A stretch of DNA of 64,000 nt from Selaginella moellendorffii (taxonomy: Eukaryota > Plantae > Lycopodiophyta), in assembly GCF_000143415.4 (NCBI RefSeq), contig NW_003314391.1:62001-126000 (forward strand), in the 5' to 3' direction. Below, piece after piece: positions 24,740 through 36,343 of the stretch. Under the pieces are notes generated by a model, which was not told where the DNA came from, made no database searches, and saw only the letters and a list, made by a program, of their open reading frames with translations. The position numbers and the translations under genes are program-made. Position 1 is the first letter of the stretch; each line of letters opens with the position of its first letter.

Positions 24740-25830
24740 AAATTCTAGAAGCGATGCCATCAAAATGGCTAGAGCTCCCAAGATCCTGGAGGGACTTCCA
24801 CTGTTTCCACCCGATCTTTCGTCAGCTTGGAAAGCAGGATAGTTCCGGCACTGCGGTGATTTCACAATGTCTCCAAGGCGACTATCACCATACACATCTT
24901 GGTTGCGGTACCACGTCCACAGGGCATGGGTATTGTTCTTCACCTAAAGAGAAAAAGAGCAAAATCAAGAGGTTGAACTCTCGGGGTTACCTCCAATAGG
25001 CCGTGACCAAAGCTTCCATCTCGCAGCGCGCTCCATTCCGGCTGCCTGTCCCAGCAGAATTGATTCGCCGCTGGCCCGGAGCCGAAGTTTTGAGCACAAA
25101 CTCCACCGACTTAGGGGACGTTGTCCTCAGGCTTGGGGCACTTCCCCGGATCGTCAGCGTGCTCCGTGTCCACTGTCTTTGTATTGCCGCCATCGCCCAC
25201 CACGATGTAGAGCGCGGGTCCAGCTCGTAAGTGTAACTCTGTTCTCATAGGCATGGACCTGGAAGAACACCGAGGATTCCTGTCGAGATCGAGAAGAGAG
25301 AGGGATTTTCATGGCCATTGGACAATGTCGACGCCGGCATTGTAGAGAAGCTCCTCCATTTCGAGACGCATGCACTCGACCTCGCGGTAGTTGTAGCTGT
25401 TGTACCACGGCGGATGCCACGATCCAGGGCGTGAGGAGCCTGTTGACGCGATCCTCCCAGCATCAGGAAGTGGATGCCGCCGACATCGAACGAGTACTAA
25501 AGGCTGGAATTCGATCCAGGAGGCACCGAGAACCTGGCCTTGTATGTTTTGCCCAATGCTTGGGGCTCGATCTCGTGGTTGGCACCTCCTCCATGAATCT
25601 GGGAGCAAGGAAATCAGGGATTGGATTGCGGATTTATAGTCTTGCTCTCTCTTACCTCCCCTAGTGATCCCAGTGGGGATGATAAGTCTCCCGGATTGGC
25701 GCGTCTGGAAATGCACAGCTAAAGCAGGGCGATCCAGTGCCATTGGTGATGTATTGATCCGAGTATGTGAGATCGCCCACCATGAGGAGGAGCGAGGGAT
25801 CGTTTCGGATGACGTGATCGACCGTGGCGC
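24740..25830 (-). pseudogene. Purple acid phosphatase (PAP15/PAP23-like) pseudogene fragment
   Basis: LLMVGDLTYSDQY, WHPPWYNSY, VGDGGN..HADDPGKCP, FCWDRQPEWS, SFGHGLLEV. Frameshifts; 5' half missing. Confidence 0.85.
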
Positions 25831-26229
25831 TCGCTTCTCACCTGGAACAGCACAAACAAGGAATGTCAAGTTCTCTCGCTCGAGCTCTGGAAGAGTTACC
25901 TCCTCTGCGCTGCTCCGGCTTTCAAACTCTTGAATGTAAGTTGGAGAGCCCTTCGAATAGCACAGTGCCTGATTGCCCGACTTGGGCGATGCATTTGATG
26001 ACCGAGCCGCAAAAATTTCCCTCCTCCTCGTCTTGTTGGTCATCGAGATCTCGCCTCCCAGAGCAGCAGCAGCAGCAGTAGCAGCCATGGCTTTCCATCC
26101 CAGCAACTAAGTGGCTGATTTCTCGATGCCACAAAAGGAAGCTTTAAAATAATCCTCCTCGAAGAAAGAAGAAACTCGTCACCTCACTGGAGGTGTCGCT
26201 TGATCAAGCTCATCATGTCCCAGTCCCTC

Positions 26230-26420
26230 TCTCGAGAGCTCCAAGCATGAGGATGGACTGCGCGCCGGCTCGAGCTCACCCACCATCTCCGCGGCGCGCT
26301 CCGCCCGCTCCACGTCGCCATGCATCCGGCACCCGCTCAGCAGCGTCATCCAGCCCGTGACGCACTGCTCGAACGGCATCCTCTCCACGAGCTCCTCGGC
26401 GTCCTGGAGCCAGCCGCAGC
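26230..26420 (-). pseudogene. PPR E-domain fragment
   Basis: DAEELVERMPF..WMTLLSGCRMHGDVERAERAAE. Confidence 0.8.
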
Positions 26421-26559
26421 GTCCCCAGCCAGCAGATCCACCAGGCACATATAATGCTCCCACAGCAACTCCACCTCGCTTTCGCAAACAACACGCAATA
26501 TTGTATTATGAACTTCCATTTCTTGTCCGCATGTCTCTGAGATCGTTGCACTGCTCAAG

Positions 26560-26970
26560 GCATACCGTCCCGAATGGAGTCCAGCCGCTATCAATTCGGC
26601 AATCGTAACTACAGGTAACACTATGTGCTTTCCAGAAGAAAACAATCGATTATTTTCTCTTGTCACTGATAACTCTGGGGAGCCGATGAAAGACGCAGCA
26701 TTGCTCTCCGGCACCTTCGGTGGAGACCACATCAACCCAAACGCGGCTGCTCATCCGGGCCTCGTCTACAATGCCAAGGCACCCAAATTCACGAACTTTC
26801 TGTGTGAATTGAGGCAGGAAATACGAAACGTCTCCACTTTCACGAACTTGAAACCATCTGTTTCACTAGACGACAAATGGCTTCCAGCAATCTCAACTAT
26901 CCCTCCATCGCGATCTCTTCGCTCAAAGGAAAGAGAATCATCCACCGGTGAGTGACAAACGTAGACGAGC
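26560..26970 (+). pseudogene. Subtilisin-like protease C-terminal fragment
   Basis: WSPAAINSAIVTT, GDHINPNAAAHPGLVY, NLNYPSIAIS, VTNVD. Confidence 0.8.
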
Positions 26971-27344
26971 AAGCGTGGAGGCTCTGGACGGTGTTTCGGT
27001 ATCGGTGCGCTAACACCCGCCACTTTTGGAATTCCTGCCTGAACCGTTGCCTTCTCGTAGAATTGGAAAGCAGTCGAAACACTCCATGAGGATGTCGTTG
27101 TAACCCTTGCAACTGCCTTCGTACTTCTTCCAGTTTGTTTGGCCTGGGTTTATGTAGGACTTCGTACTTGTCAACCGGCGGTGTCGAAATCCAACGTCGG
27201 GTACCGTACATAGATATTTAACTTCTGATTTGAGAAGAGGGAGGGGAGGGTTCAGAAACTTCAGAAACTGAAACCCAAGCGCATCAATTTCCGTTCCACA
27301 TCTTACCCACAGTCCTCCAACAAATGCAGGATGCGACCTCTGTG

Positions 27345-29330
27345 TGCAAGTTGACTTCGCTGCTCTCAAGTTCCGGAAGATGGCGAGTCGGTGGTTTGAT
27401 ACGCGAGTTCGTCGCAAAGAACATGAACCGGTTACGACTTGGTTGCAGTTGAAGAAGCTACTACTCGCTCGGTTCTTACCTCAGCAATACGAAGAGCAGC
27501 TGTACATGAAGTGGCAGGATCTTTGTCAGGGACCAGAGGAGTCTGTTACTAATTTCACCGAGCGCTTCCATGAACTTCAAATTCGGTTGGGTGTACACGA
27601 AGAAGAGAAATGGCTTGGGACTTCGACCTGGTATTCGAAAGGAGTTAGAGACGAAAGTTTTCAAGTCATTCGTCATGAATCACAACTGAAGGAGTTTCGA
27701 TAGCGAGTGAATCAAGTGCACACAGCTTCCGGTGCTTCTGGCGGTCGTGCTCCCGTAGCTACGCGTTTGCAGTATGACCAGGAACGTCGTCCAGCACCTC
27801 ACACGGGATCCGGAAGTGGCGATGCGGCGAAATTCAATGGCCGGTGCAACTATTGTCAAAAGTTTGGCCACAAAGCGTCAGATTGTCGTACTCGGATTGC
27901 CAACGTTGCTGCAGGACGCACCATCATAATATGGGGGATGACGATGAAGTGATCTCTGTTGCTCCATAACAACAGATTCGACCATCTGTGGGCGTAGCCG
28001 TCTTGAATAACCATGCGAGTGCTTCTGAGGCTTTGTTCACAGCGGTAGCTCAAGTGTGCAATAAATTGTTATCGGTCACATTTGACAATGGCTTCCAGCG
28101 TGATCTTATTTCTGCCGATGTTGTGCCACGCTTACGTTTGAAGCTGCTACCACACCCTCAACCGTACGAAGTCGAATGGTTGCAGAAGAGCCATGTTCTT
28201 CGAGTCACACAACAGTGCCGTGTTTGGTTTTCAATCAACAGTTCTCCGATGAAGCGCTTCTGGACGTGTGTGAGATGGACGTCGCGGGAATCATTCTCAG
28301 CAAACCATATCAATGGCTGAGGCGACCTCAGTACGACGCATTTGCAAATACATACTTTTTGAGGAAGGACGATAAGAGGTGGCTACTGCGGGCGTCGTCA
28401 CCTACAAACAAAACTCCACAATCGTTATTGATTTCTGCAAAAGAACCGGTCGTTAACATCGGAGAATGGTGGCATTGCTTTTGTGGCGTACCTCAGAGAA
28501 TCAAGCCAAAGTTCTGAACATGTTCAAACTGCTGCACATGGATTATCAGCTGTTGATCGTCAGCGTATCCAGGCAGTCGTTAATCAATTTCGAGATGTTT
28601 TACCTGAGGAACTTCCATTCGTGCTATCGATCTGAACAAGATTGAGTTTGTTCCTGGAGCGAGACTTCCAAATCACCGACCTTACAGAATGTCGCAAACA
28701 GAAGTGACTGAGATGATATGACAGGTACGAGAGTTGCTGAGTCCCAAAGGTTTGATTCAGCGCAGTGTTTCACCCTGCTCAAGTCCGCTGTTATTTGTTC
28801 CAAAGCCCGACGTTCTTTGAGGATGTGCAATGATTTTCGTCTCATCAATGATATATTGATCCGCAAGTGCCATCCTATTCCGACCTCTTCGACCTCTTCG
28901 ATCTTGCTGCGGGCGCTTCTGTGTTCAACAAATTGGATCTCCGTAGTGGATATCAAGTGCGCATTGCTCAAGACAATACTTGGAAGACTGCATTCTCAAC
29001 ACCTGAAGGCCTGTGCGAGTGGTTAGTCATGCCTTTTGGTTTGTGCAACTGCGACATTTGTGAGGATGATGAACGATGTATTTCGCGACGAGATTGGTAA
29101 GTTCGTCGCCATTTACTTCGACGATATTTGGTATATAGAAAGTTTTTGGAGGAGCATTTTCGTCATCTGGAGACTGTTCTCGACAAGCTTCGGAATGCAA
29201 CATTATTTCTACATCCTAAGAAAAGCGACTTTGGGCTGTCGGAGGTAACTTGGGATTTAGACTTGCTGCAACAGGAACCACAATTGATCCGGATAAAGTT
29301 CACGCAGTGTTGAGATGCTCCAATCTCCAT
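27345..29330 (+). mobile_element. Degenerate Ty3/Gypsy gag-protease-RT remnant
   Basis: TTWLQLKKLLLARFLP, CNYCQKFGHKASDC knuckle, [26 protein letters not shown]. Confidence 0.88.
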
Positions 29331-29599
29331 GAGTTGCGCAGTTTCTTGTGCAGTTTCTTGTATCAAGATGCTTTTGCAAACAATCTTTTCGATCTGTATT
29401 ACAGAAAACTGTGATTAATTTGTTTATTAAAAAGCCTTGCAAAGCTTACTTTGCCGCCTTTGCCAGAATTTCAATGTACAAAGTTTGCTGATGATCATGA
29501 GAGTCGGATGTCCGCGATAAGTCAGCTCCTGAACCTCCTTTCTTATCAGAGAAGAATCGAAGCCTTACTTGGGAGGCTGCGGCCCCTGGAAGCAGCTGA

Positions 29600-29820
29600 A
29601 TCTGGCTCCGGAAGGGCTTTCTGCTCTGGAGTGGTAAATGCGATTCTGCTGCTGAGTCAAGATCGATCATCGATCTTTGTTTGGCTTTGGTGCAGGAATT
29701 GACCGCCGTGCAAGAAGTTTTCAAAGGGGATGTGAAGGATGAATCTGCCGATCCGGTGATTCAGATGGAGAAGTGATCACAGCCGATCATCGGGGCCATC
29801 AACGGGCTGGAAATCACCGT
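29600..29820 (+). pseudogene. Enoyl-CoA hydratase/crotonase fragment
   Basis: GSGRAFCSGV, intron, then LTAVQEVFKGDVKD..PIIGAING. Confidence 0.7.
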
Positions 29821-31646
29821 AAGAGGCTCATGCAGATGGTCACTTCCTGAAAAAGATATGCATCTGGAGGGTTAAATTGTGCCGGTTCGTGCAGCTCTTC
29901 TAGCAATTTAGTGTGGACGATTGGATCGACGTAAAGGTGTATGGTAACAATGATGCAGTTCCCAGCTCGACGTCCCAGGACGGCGAGAGGATCAACTAGC
30001 TCTCTTTATGAGGAGATGGCGAAGGTAACGTTAACGTATTAGCTTCTTTGCAAAGACTTTCAATTGGTGTTTTACTCTTTGATGGCATTTGTAGGAATTG
30101 TCCAGACAAAGCATCGAGATCAACTGTGGAATGTGTGGGCGTCGTCCGATGAGAATAGAGTACGAGATCGAGGTCGCGTCCTGCATTTGTTGGAGGACTG
30201 TGGGTAAGATGTGGAACGGAAATTGATGCGCTTGGTCTGAAGTTTCTGAACCTCTTCTCAAATCAGAACTTAAATATCTATGTACGGTACCCGACGTTGG
30301 ATTTCGGTTGACAAGTACGAAGTCCTACATAAACCCAAGCCAAACAAACTGGAAGAAGTACGAGGGTTACAACGACATCCTTATGACTGTTTTCCAATTC
30401 TACGTGAAAGCAACGGTTCAGGCAGGAATTCCAAAGGTGGCAGATGTTAGCGGGGAGTATGGATGTGTATGAAGTCATGAAATTCTGTATACCCTAAACT
30501 TCAATCCTGGTTTTGCTTGTCTGATCTTTCTCTTCTTTCTAATGTGGACACCTCAGATGCAGGAAAAATCCGAAGGTAGATCAAAGGCGGCCAAATGAAA
30601 TCTCTGCTGGTCAGGTGATGCCTTGGGAGTTTCTGCGTCCAGAGAGCAGCACCGCACGACTGATGTGGCAACCCTGTTCACTGTCCCATTGTTGAAGAGG
30701 GGGATGTTGAGACAGACCAGCTCTATCCGGTAAAGATTGGCAACGTCCAGCTTCCTTGAAAGTTGACGACCGGGAGCGATGTGCGATCCAGTCGACTTCA
30801 AAAAAGTCATGGGGTGTGAACTACAACGACAAACGTGAACATGGACGGTAAAGTTATTTGCTTTATGGAGTTGTATTCTTAACTCCTTATACCAGACTGC
30901 CAAAGGTAGAGAGCCAGGGAAGTGCAAAGACATCAGTGCAAACGAGCTTCAGATGACTCAGTAGTGATTGTGAATGAAGAAACAGATGGATTGGAACATG
31001 ACCACCCGTGATCAACTGATGGCCGTGGAAGAGCATGCGAGTGGACACCGGCTGCCAGGGATGACTTAGAGGATTCAGGACTGAATCTTCAATGGTCATC
31101 TCCATGCACGTTCAGGTAGAAACTCATCTGCAACATTGACTAGTCACTTTGGCTGATCATGGCAAAGAAGTTACAGGCCATGGTGTGGGACATGCAAGAG
31201 CAGGGAGTGGGCTGCAAAAGATGGTGGCTGGAAAGACACAAGCTCCTGTTGCAAAGCAGGACTGCTCGCGATCAAAGAGACGAGGTAATTTTGTTATTTG
31301 GCCTGGAAGGACATGATGCTTAATGAAAGCCAGCACTAATGCTGTGTATGCTTCCACAGTCATATTTTCAGCCTCACGTTGGCCCTTCTTCGTTCCTTCT
31401 TTTTCGTTGGTCTTCTTCTACTTCAGTCTGGGCATAGTCCAGCAGTTAGATGATGATATGTGTAAACGCATCAAGACAGGCATACCTCAGCTATGAATCC
31501 TTCTCTTGCTTCGGCAGCTTCTCCCCAACCCTTCAGAAAGAAAAGCGGAGCAAGAACAATGGATTTCATTTCAACACACCCCTTGATTCATATATGGCTG
31601 TATATATATACAACTTCAATCAAATCAGAAATCACTAGAGATTTGA

Positions 31647-33188
31647 TCACGATTCGGACTGCTTGTCATGTTCATCATTATTCCTACACTCCCCCTTCAA
31701 GCTGAGGGTGCTTGACACTCCAAGTTGATTCCTCAGCTTGATGAATGTGAGCTCTGAAAGTGGCTTGGTTAGAAGGTCCGCCAACTGATATTGTGAAGGA
31801 ACGTATTCCAGGTGAAGATCTCCGGCTGCTACATGTTCGCGAATGAAGTGATGCTGCACGTCTATATGTTTCGTATGAGCATGAAACACAGGATTCTTTG
31901 ACATGGCGATTGCACTTCTGCTGTCGCAATGCAGAATGGTCACATCTGATTGCTGTTGATTGAGTTCTCCAAGTAATCGACGAAGCCAGATGATCTCCCT
32001 TGCTGCTGTACTGGCAGCTACATATTCTGCTTCTGCACTAGAAAGAGCAACCGTCGTTTGCTTCTTGCTTCCCCATGAAACCGGAGCACCAGCAATTATG
32101 CAGCAAATTCCGGAGGTTGAATGTTGTGTATCCAAGTTGCCAGCCCAATCTGCATCGCAGTAAGCTTGAAGAACAAATTTGGATTGACCTGAGCATTTGT
32201 AAACCAGTCCATGAGCAGCCGTTCCTTTCAAATACCTCAAAACTCTCTTCGCCATCTGCCAATGATAACAACTCGGAGACTGTATGTATCGGCTGAGGAA
32301 ACCAACGGCAAAGGAGATGTCGGGGCGAGTCATGTTGGCGAGGTAGAGTAGTCCTCCAACAAGCGATCGGTAGACCGAGGGCTGATCAAATAAATCATCC
32401 ATCTTGCTTGTGAACTTGATGCCAGTGACGACTGGTGTAGCCACGGATTTGCAACTTGTCATGTTGAACTGGTTGAGAAGCTTCTTCACATATTGGCGCT
32501 GTGTGAGGGTGATTGTCCTGTCTGCTTCATCCCTGTCAACTTCCATCCCTAACAGCTGCTGCACAGCTCCTAAGTCCTTCATCACAAACTTGTTCATAAG
32601 CTTGATCTTCACATCCTTCAAAACAGTGTCATTGTTGCTGACAATCAAACAGTTGTCCACATAAACTACTATCACAACAAAGTGATCACCCTGCTGAAGA
32701 AGATATAGATTTCCATCGCTGTTCAACCTCTGCATAAGAAAAGAATCCAAACATTCATACCACTGATGGGAAGCCTGCTTAAGGCCATAAAGAGCCTTGC
32801 GAAGCTTGCAGACGAGTTCGGAGCACTGTGATCCAAAAAGCTCAAAGCCTGGGGGTTGCCGCATAAATATCTCCTCCTTCAAGTTCCCATTAAGGAAGGC
32901 TGTTTTTACGTCCATGTGATGTGCGCACAAACCAAACTCCGCTGTAAAAGCCAGAAGCATTCTGATACTTGTCTGCTTCACAATTGGTGAGAATGTCTCA
33001 TCAAAATCCACTCCAGGAACTTGTGAATATCCTTGAGCAACAAGTCTTGCTTTGTAATGTTGTACCGATCCATCAGGATTTCTGTGAAGCTTGAACACCC
33101 AGCGTGATCCAACAACTTCACGTCCTTCAGGAGCTTCCACCAAGTCATAAGTCTGGTTCTCATCAAGAGAATTCAACTCATCTTGCAT
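31647..33188 (-). CDS. Copia RT-RNaseH reading frame
   Basis: YKARLVAQG, HMDVKTAFLNG, LYGLKQ, YVDN (second catalytic Asp of YVDD mutated), YCDADWAG, KHIDVQHHFIRE. Confidence 0.9.
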   Translation of the reverse strand: MQDELNSLDENQTYDLVEAPEGREVVGSRWVFKLHRNPDGSVQHYKARLVAQGYSQVPGVDFDETFSPIVKQTSIRMLLAFTAEFGLCAHHMDVKTAFLNGNLKEEIFMRQPPGFELFGSQCSELVCKLRKALYGLKQASHQWYECLDSFLMQRLNSDGNLYLLQQGDHFVVIVVYVDNCLIVSNNDTVLKDVKIKLMNKFVMKDLGAVQQLLGMEVDRDEADRTITLTQRQYVKKLLNQFNMTSCKSVATPVVTGIKFTSKMDDLFDQPSVYRSLVGGLLYLANMTRPDISFAVGFLSRYIQSPSCYHWQMAKRVLRYLKGTAAHGLVYKCSGQSKFVLQAYCDADWAGNLDTQHSTSGICCIIAGAPVSWGSKKQTTVALSSAEAEYVAASTAAREIIWLRRLLGELNQQQSDVTILHCDSRSAIAMSKNPVFHAHTKHIDVQHHFIREHVAAGDLHLEYVPSQYQLADLLTKPLSELTFIKLRNQLGVSSTLSLKGECRNNDEHDKQSES

Positions 33189-34224
33189 TACTGAAATCCA
33201 CTTATCTGCATCAGGAGCTTGAATCGCTTGCTCAAAGTTGACTGGTTCAGAAGCTATTTCTGTTGTTGCAAAAGACCATTGCTTGGGATGAGGTGCTCTG
33301 CTTGATCATCCAGATGCTGTCCGCCCATAGTTCTCCACATTGAATGGTAGATCACGTGTGAGCCTGTCGACTTCTCCAGTTCGTGCACGATGAGCAGCAT
33401 CGCCCTGTTCTTCAGGAAGAAAAGATCCAGAGACTGGTGTTGGATGATCGTCTGCTAAAGGAGATGAGGGATAGATGATTGTCAGATCATTGTCATCTTC
33501 ATCACCGTCTTCAACACCATCCCAACTCCATTCTTCCGGAGTCCAGTTCATGTTTTGATCTGAGCTTCCTTTTTCTTGAACATGATCTTTGTAGAGTGTT
33601 CCTTCATCAAAACGAACATCAGTGCTTACAAAAATTTGATGATTACCAGGCTGGTACAGGCGATATCCTTTTGAATTGGAATCATATCCAACAAGAAAGG
33701 CCAACTTGCTTTTGCTCTCCAACTTGCCGAGATGCTCATCCACCCTTTTTGCAAAGCTTAAACAACCAAAACGCTTGAGATGCACCACCAATTGTCTTTG
33801 ACCAGTCCAAAGCTCTTCTGGGATCTTGTTGGGATTGCGAGAATGAGGGAGAAGGTTTTGAACATGCACAGCTGATCTGACTGCTTCAGCCCAGAGGAAT
33901 TTTGGTAGTCCTGATTCTTGAAGGAAGCACTGAACTGCATTCATGATTGTCCTATTCTTGCGCTCAGAGACTCCATTCTGTTGAGGGGTATGAGAGCAAG
34001 AGCACTGATGAAGAATTCCTTATTCAGCACAGAATTGCTGAAAGGACTTGTTGACGTATTCCCCTCTTGAATCAGTACGTAAACAACCAACCCTCTGACC
34101 AGTTTTCACTTCAGCTTCTGCTACAAATTGCTTGAATTTGCTGAAGACTTCATCTTTGTGACGAAGAAAGAAGACGTCCGTGTGCCCGGAAAAATCATCT
34201 GTAAATGTCACAAAATACTTTGTG

Positions 34225-34410
34225 CTCGGGCATCTGATCAAACAGGCATTCCGCCCCAGAATGGTCACCTTCCTGGACATACGCCGTGAGCATGCAATTC
34301 CAAGATACCACGTTCCTCTCCAGCATCGAATCAAATATTCTCTTAGATTCCTTTATTTCCCCATTCTGGAAGTACACTGTGACCAAAGAGTTCCATGAGA
34401 TTACTGAGCA
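34225..34410 (-). pseudogene. PPR fragment inside the Copia integrase
   Basis: VISWNSLVTVYFQNGEIKESKRIFDSMLERNVVSWNCMLTAYVQEG..LFDQMPE. Confidence 0.88.
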
Positions 34411-35813
34411 AACAGTCGCATGGGTCCACAAACATCTGAGTGAATGAGCTGCAAGGGACGAGTGCTTCTAATCACAGCAGGTTTGAAAGTACGACAGGTT
34501 TGCTTGCCAAGAATGCAAGTGTGACATTTTGCTGAACTTTGAAGAACGTGGTCGTTGAAGCCATCCACAAGCTCCTGCTTCTGCATACGCCTGATGAGAG
34601 GGGGATTTGCATGTGCAAGTCGAGAATGCCAGAGAGAACTATCTGCAGTCATGCATATCTCAGGAGCATTTGATTTTTCTCTAGAAGCTATCTCCTTCTC
34701 AAACAGGTTACCACATCTAGGAAAATGCAGTAATGGACGGCCATTTGCAAGAACTTGACATTGATGTTTGGAGAAATTCACATCCAGACCTTCATCCGTA
34801 AGCCTAGCTACAGAAACCAGATTCTTCACTATCTTTGGAACATACCACGCATTCTTCAAGAGCAGAGACTTTCTTCCCAGTGGAACTCGCACATCCCCAG
34901 TTGCGCGAACAGGTAAAATGCTTCCATCTCCCACACGAATGCACTTCCCTTTTGCAGCACGCAACTGCACAAAGTTCGACCTGCTTTGCATCAGGTGTCT
35001 CTCTGAACCTGAATCGATGGTCAGTTTTTCAGAAACGTTTGGAACTGCTACCTCAAATGATGCCACAAGTTCTTGTGTTTCCCCTTCCTGAGCATTTGCT
35101 GCGAGCCCTATGTTCATGCGCTGCAGCCAAGCTGCAACTAGGCAATCCTTGGAGTAGTGTCCTGGCATCCCACAGGTCCAGCATTCCTGTTTGTTCTTGC
35201 CCACAAAACAATCCCGAACTACTGCTTCTTTACCAGAATTCCCTGAATTCTGCTGCTGCTGCGGATTTCCCCTAAACCCGCGACCTCTGCCTCGTCCTCC
35301 TCTTCTGCAGCCTCCTCTGCCTCGATGATTTCCAGTCCATAGAGCTGAATCAGTCCCTGACTGATTGATTGATGCAGAAGCATTTGATGTAGACTGTGAG
35401 ATCAAAACATGGGAAGGCCTCTGATCAAAGTCCACAATCAAACCTCTCGCAGCCAGCTCCGAGCGTAAAGTTTGCTCAGCTTGTTCAAAGTTGAGCGACA
35501 TCATGCCAACGGTAGGGACGAAAGAACTAAAAGAAGAATCTTGCATGGCCTCACAAAGTGCCAGAACTTTCTTGCTTTCGTTGAACGCTGCTGGACTGCC
35601 TTCAAGCTCCATCCACAGATCTTGCATCTTGGCGAGGAACTCTTCAAAGTTCTCGCCTGGATGAAAACGGGTCTCACGAATGCAAGTCTGAACCATGCTA
35701 ATCTTGGAGAGGGAAAGAATAGCATACTTGTTGTGGAGATGAGCCCAGATCTCACAAGCACACTTATGACGCAAACACATCATAAGGGCATCTGCAAGCT
35801 TAGAAAGAATCAA
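34401..35813 (-). CDS. Copia gag-protease-integrase N-terminal frame, truncated by the PPR insert
   Basis: CWTCGMPGHYSKDC, IDSGSERH, WHSRLAH, LIHSDVCGPM. Confidence 0.88.
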   Translation of the reverse strand: MILSKLADALMMCLRHKCACEIWAHLHNKYAILSLSKISMVQTCIRETRFHPGENFEEFLAKMQDLWMELEGSPAAFNESKKVLALCEAMQDSSFSSFVPTVGMMSLNFEQAEQTLRSELAARGLIVDFDQRPSHVLISQSTSNASASINQSGTDSALWTGNHRGRGGCRRGGRGRGRGFRGNPQQQQNSGNSGKEAVVRDCFVGKNKQECWTCGMPGHYSKDCLVAAWLQRMNIGLAANAQEGETQELVASFEVAVPNVSEKLTIDSGSERHLMQSRSNFVQLRAAKGKCIRVGDGSILPVRATGDVRVPLGRKSLLLKNAWYVPKIVKNLVSVARLTDEGLDVNFSKHQCQVLANGRPLLHFPRCGNLFEKEIASREKSNAPEICMTADSSLWHSRLAHANPPLIRRMQKQELVDGFNDHVLQSSAKCHTCILGKQTCRTFKPAVIRSTRPLQLIHSDVCGPMRLFAQ

Positions 35814-36343
35814 TCCTTTTGCTCAAGACTCCTTCTTCTCCAGCGCAGCTTGTTCCCCTGGATCAAGCTGCTGTCAAGCTGCTGCAACAGAGGCACGAAT
35901 TGCCTCTTCATCCACGACTTCTCCTTCCACCGAAGTTGAAGCTCCCAACGCAGCAGGGGCTCACCACATACGAGCATCTGCAGCGATTGTCGGTGGTGAA
36001 ACGATTTCCCAGAGTTCTTCCATCTGCAGCACACACATCATTTTCTCAGACCAGGTGTTGAACCCTCTCCTCCCATCAAAGGCAGTGACTCCCTGAAGCA
36101 AGATCAATCCAACTTTGCTGCAGCTCATGATGTGAGGCACAAAGAAAGGAGAAGAAAGAGTTCAGAAACTAAGCTCCGATACCAAGAAAGAAAAGCGGAG
36201 CAAGAACAACAGATTTCACTTCAACACACCCCTTGATTCATATATGGCTGTATATATATACAACTTCAATCAAATCGGAAATCACCAGAGATCTTATCAC
36301 GATTCAGACTGCTTGTCGTGTTCATTATTATTCCTACACCTTC

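Larger units (their letters stand above)
31535..36338 (-). mobile_element. Full-length defective Ty1/Copia retrotransposon
   Basis: 154-bp LTRs at 31535-31688 and 36185-36338. TSD CCTTC at 31530-31534 and 36339-36343. PBS at 36173-36184 and PPT at 31689-31700. Domain order gag-PR-INT-RT-RH. Empty site present in copy B (~54441-54445). Confidence 0.97.
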
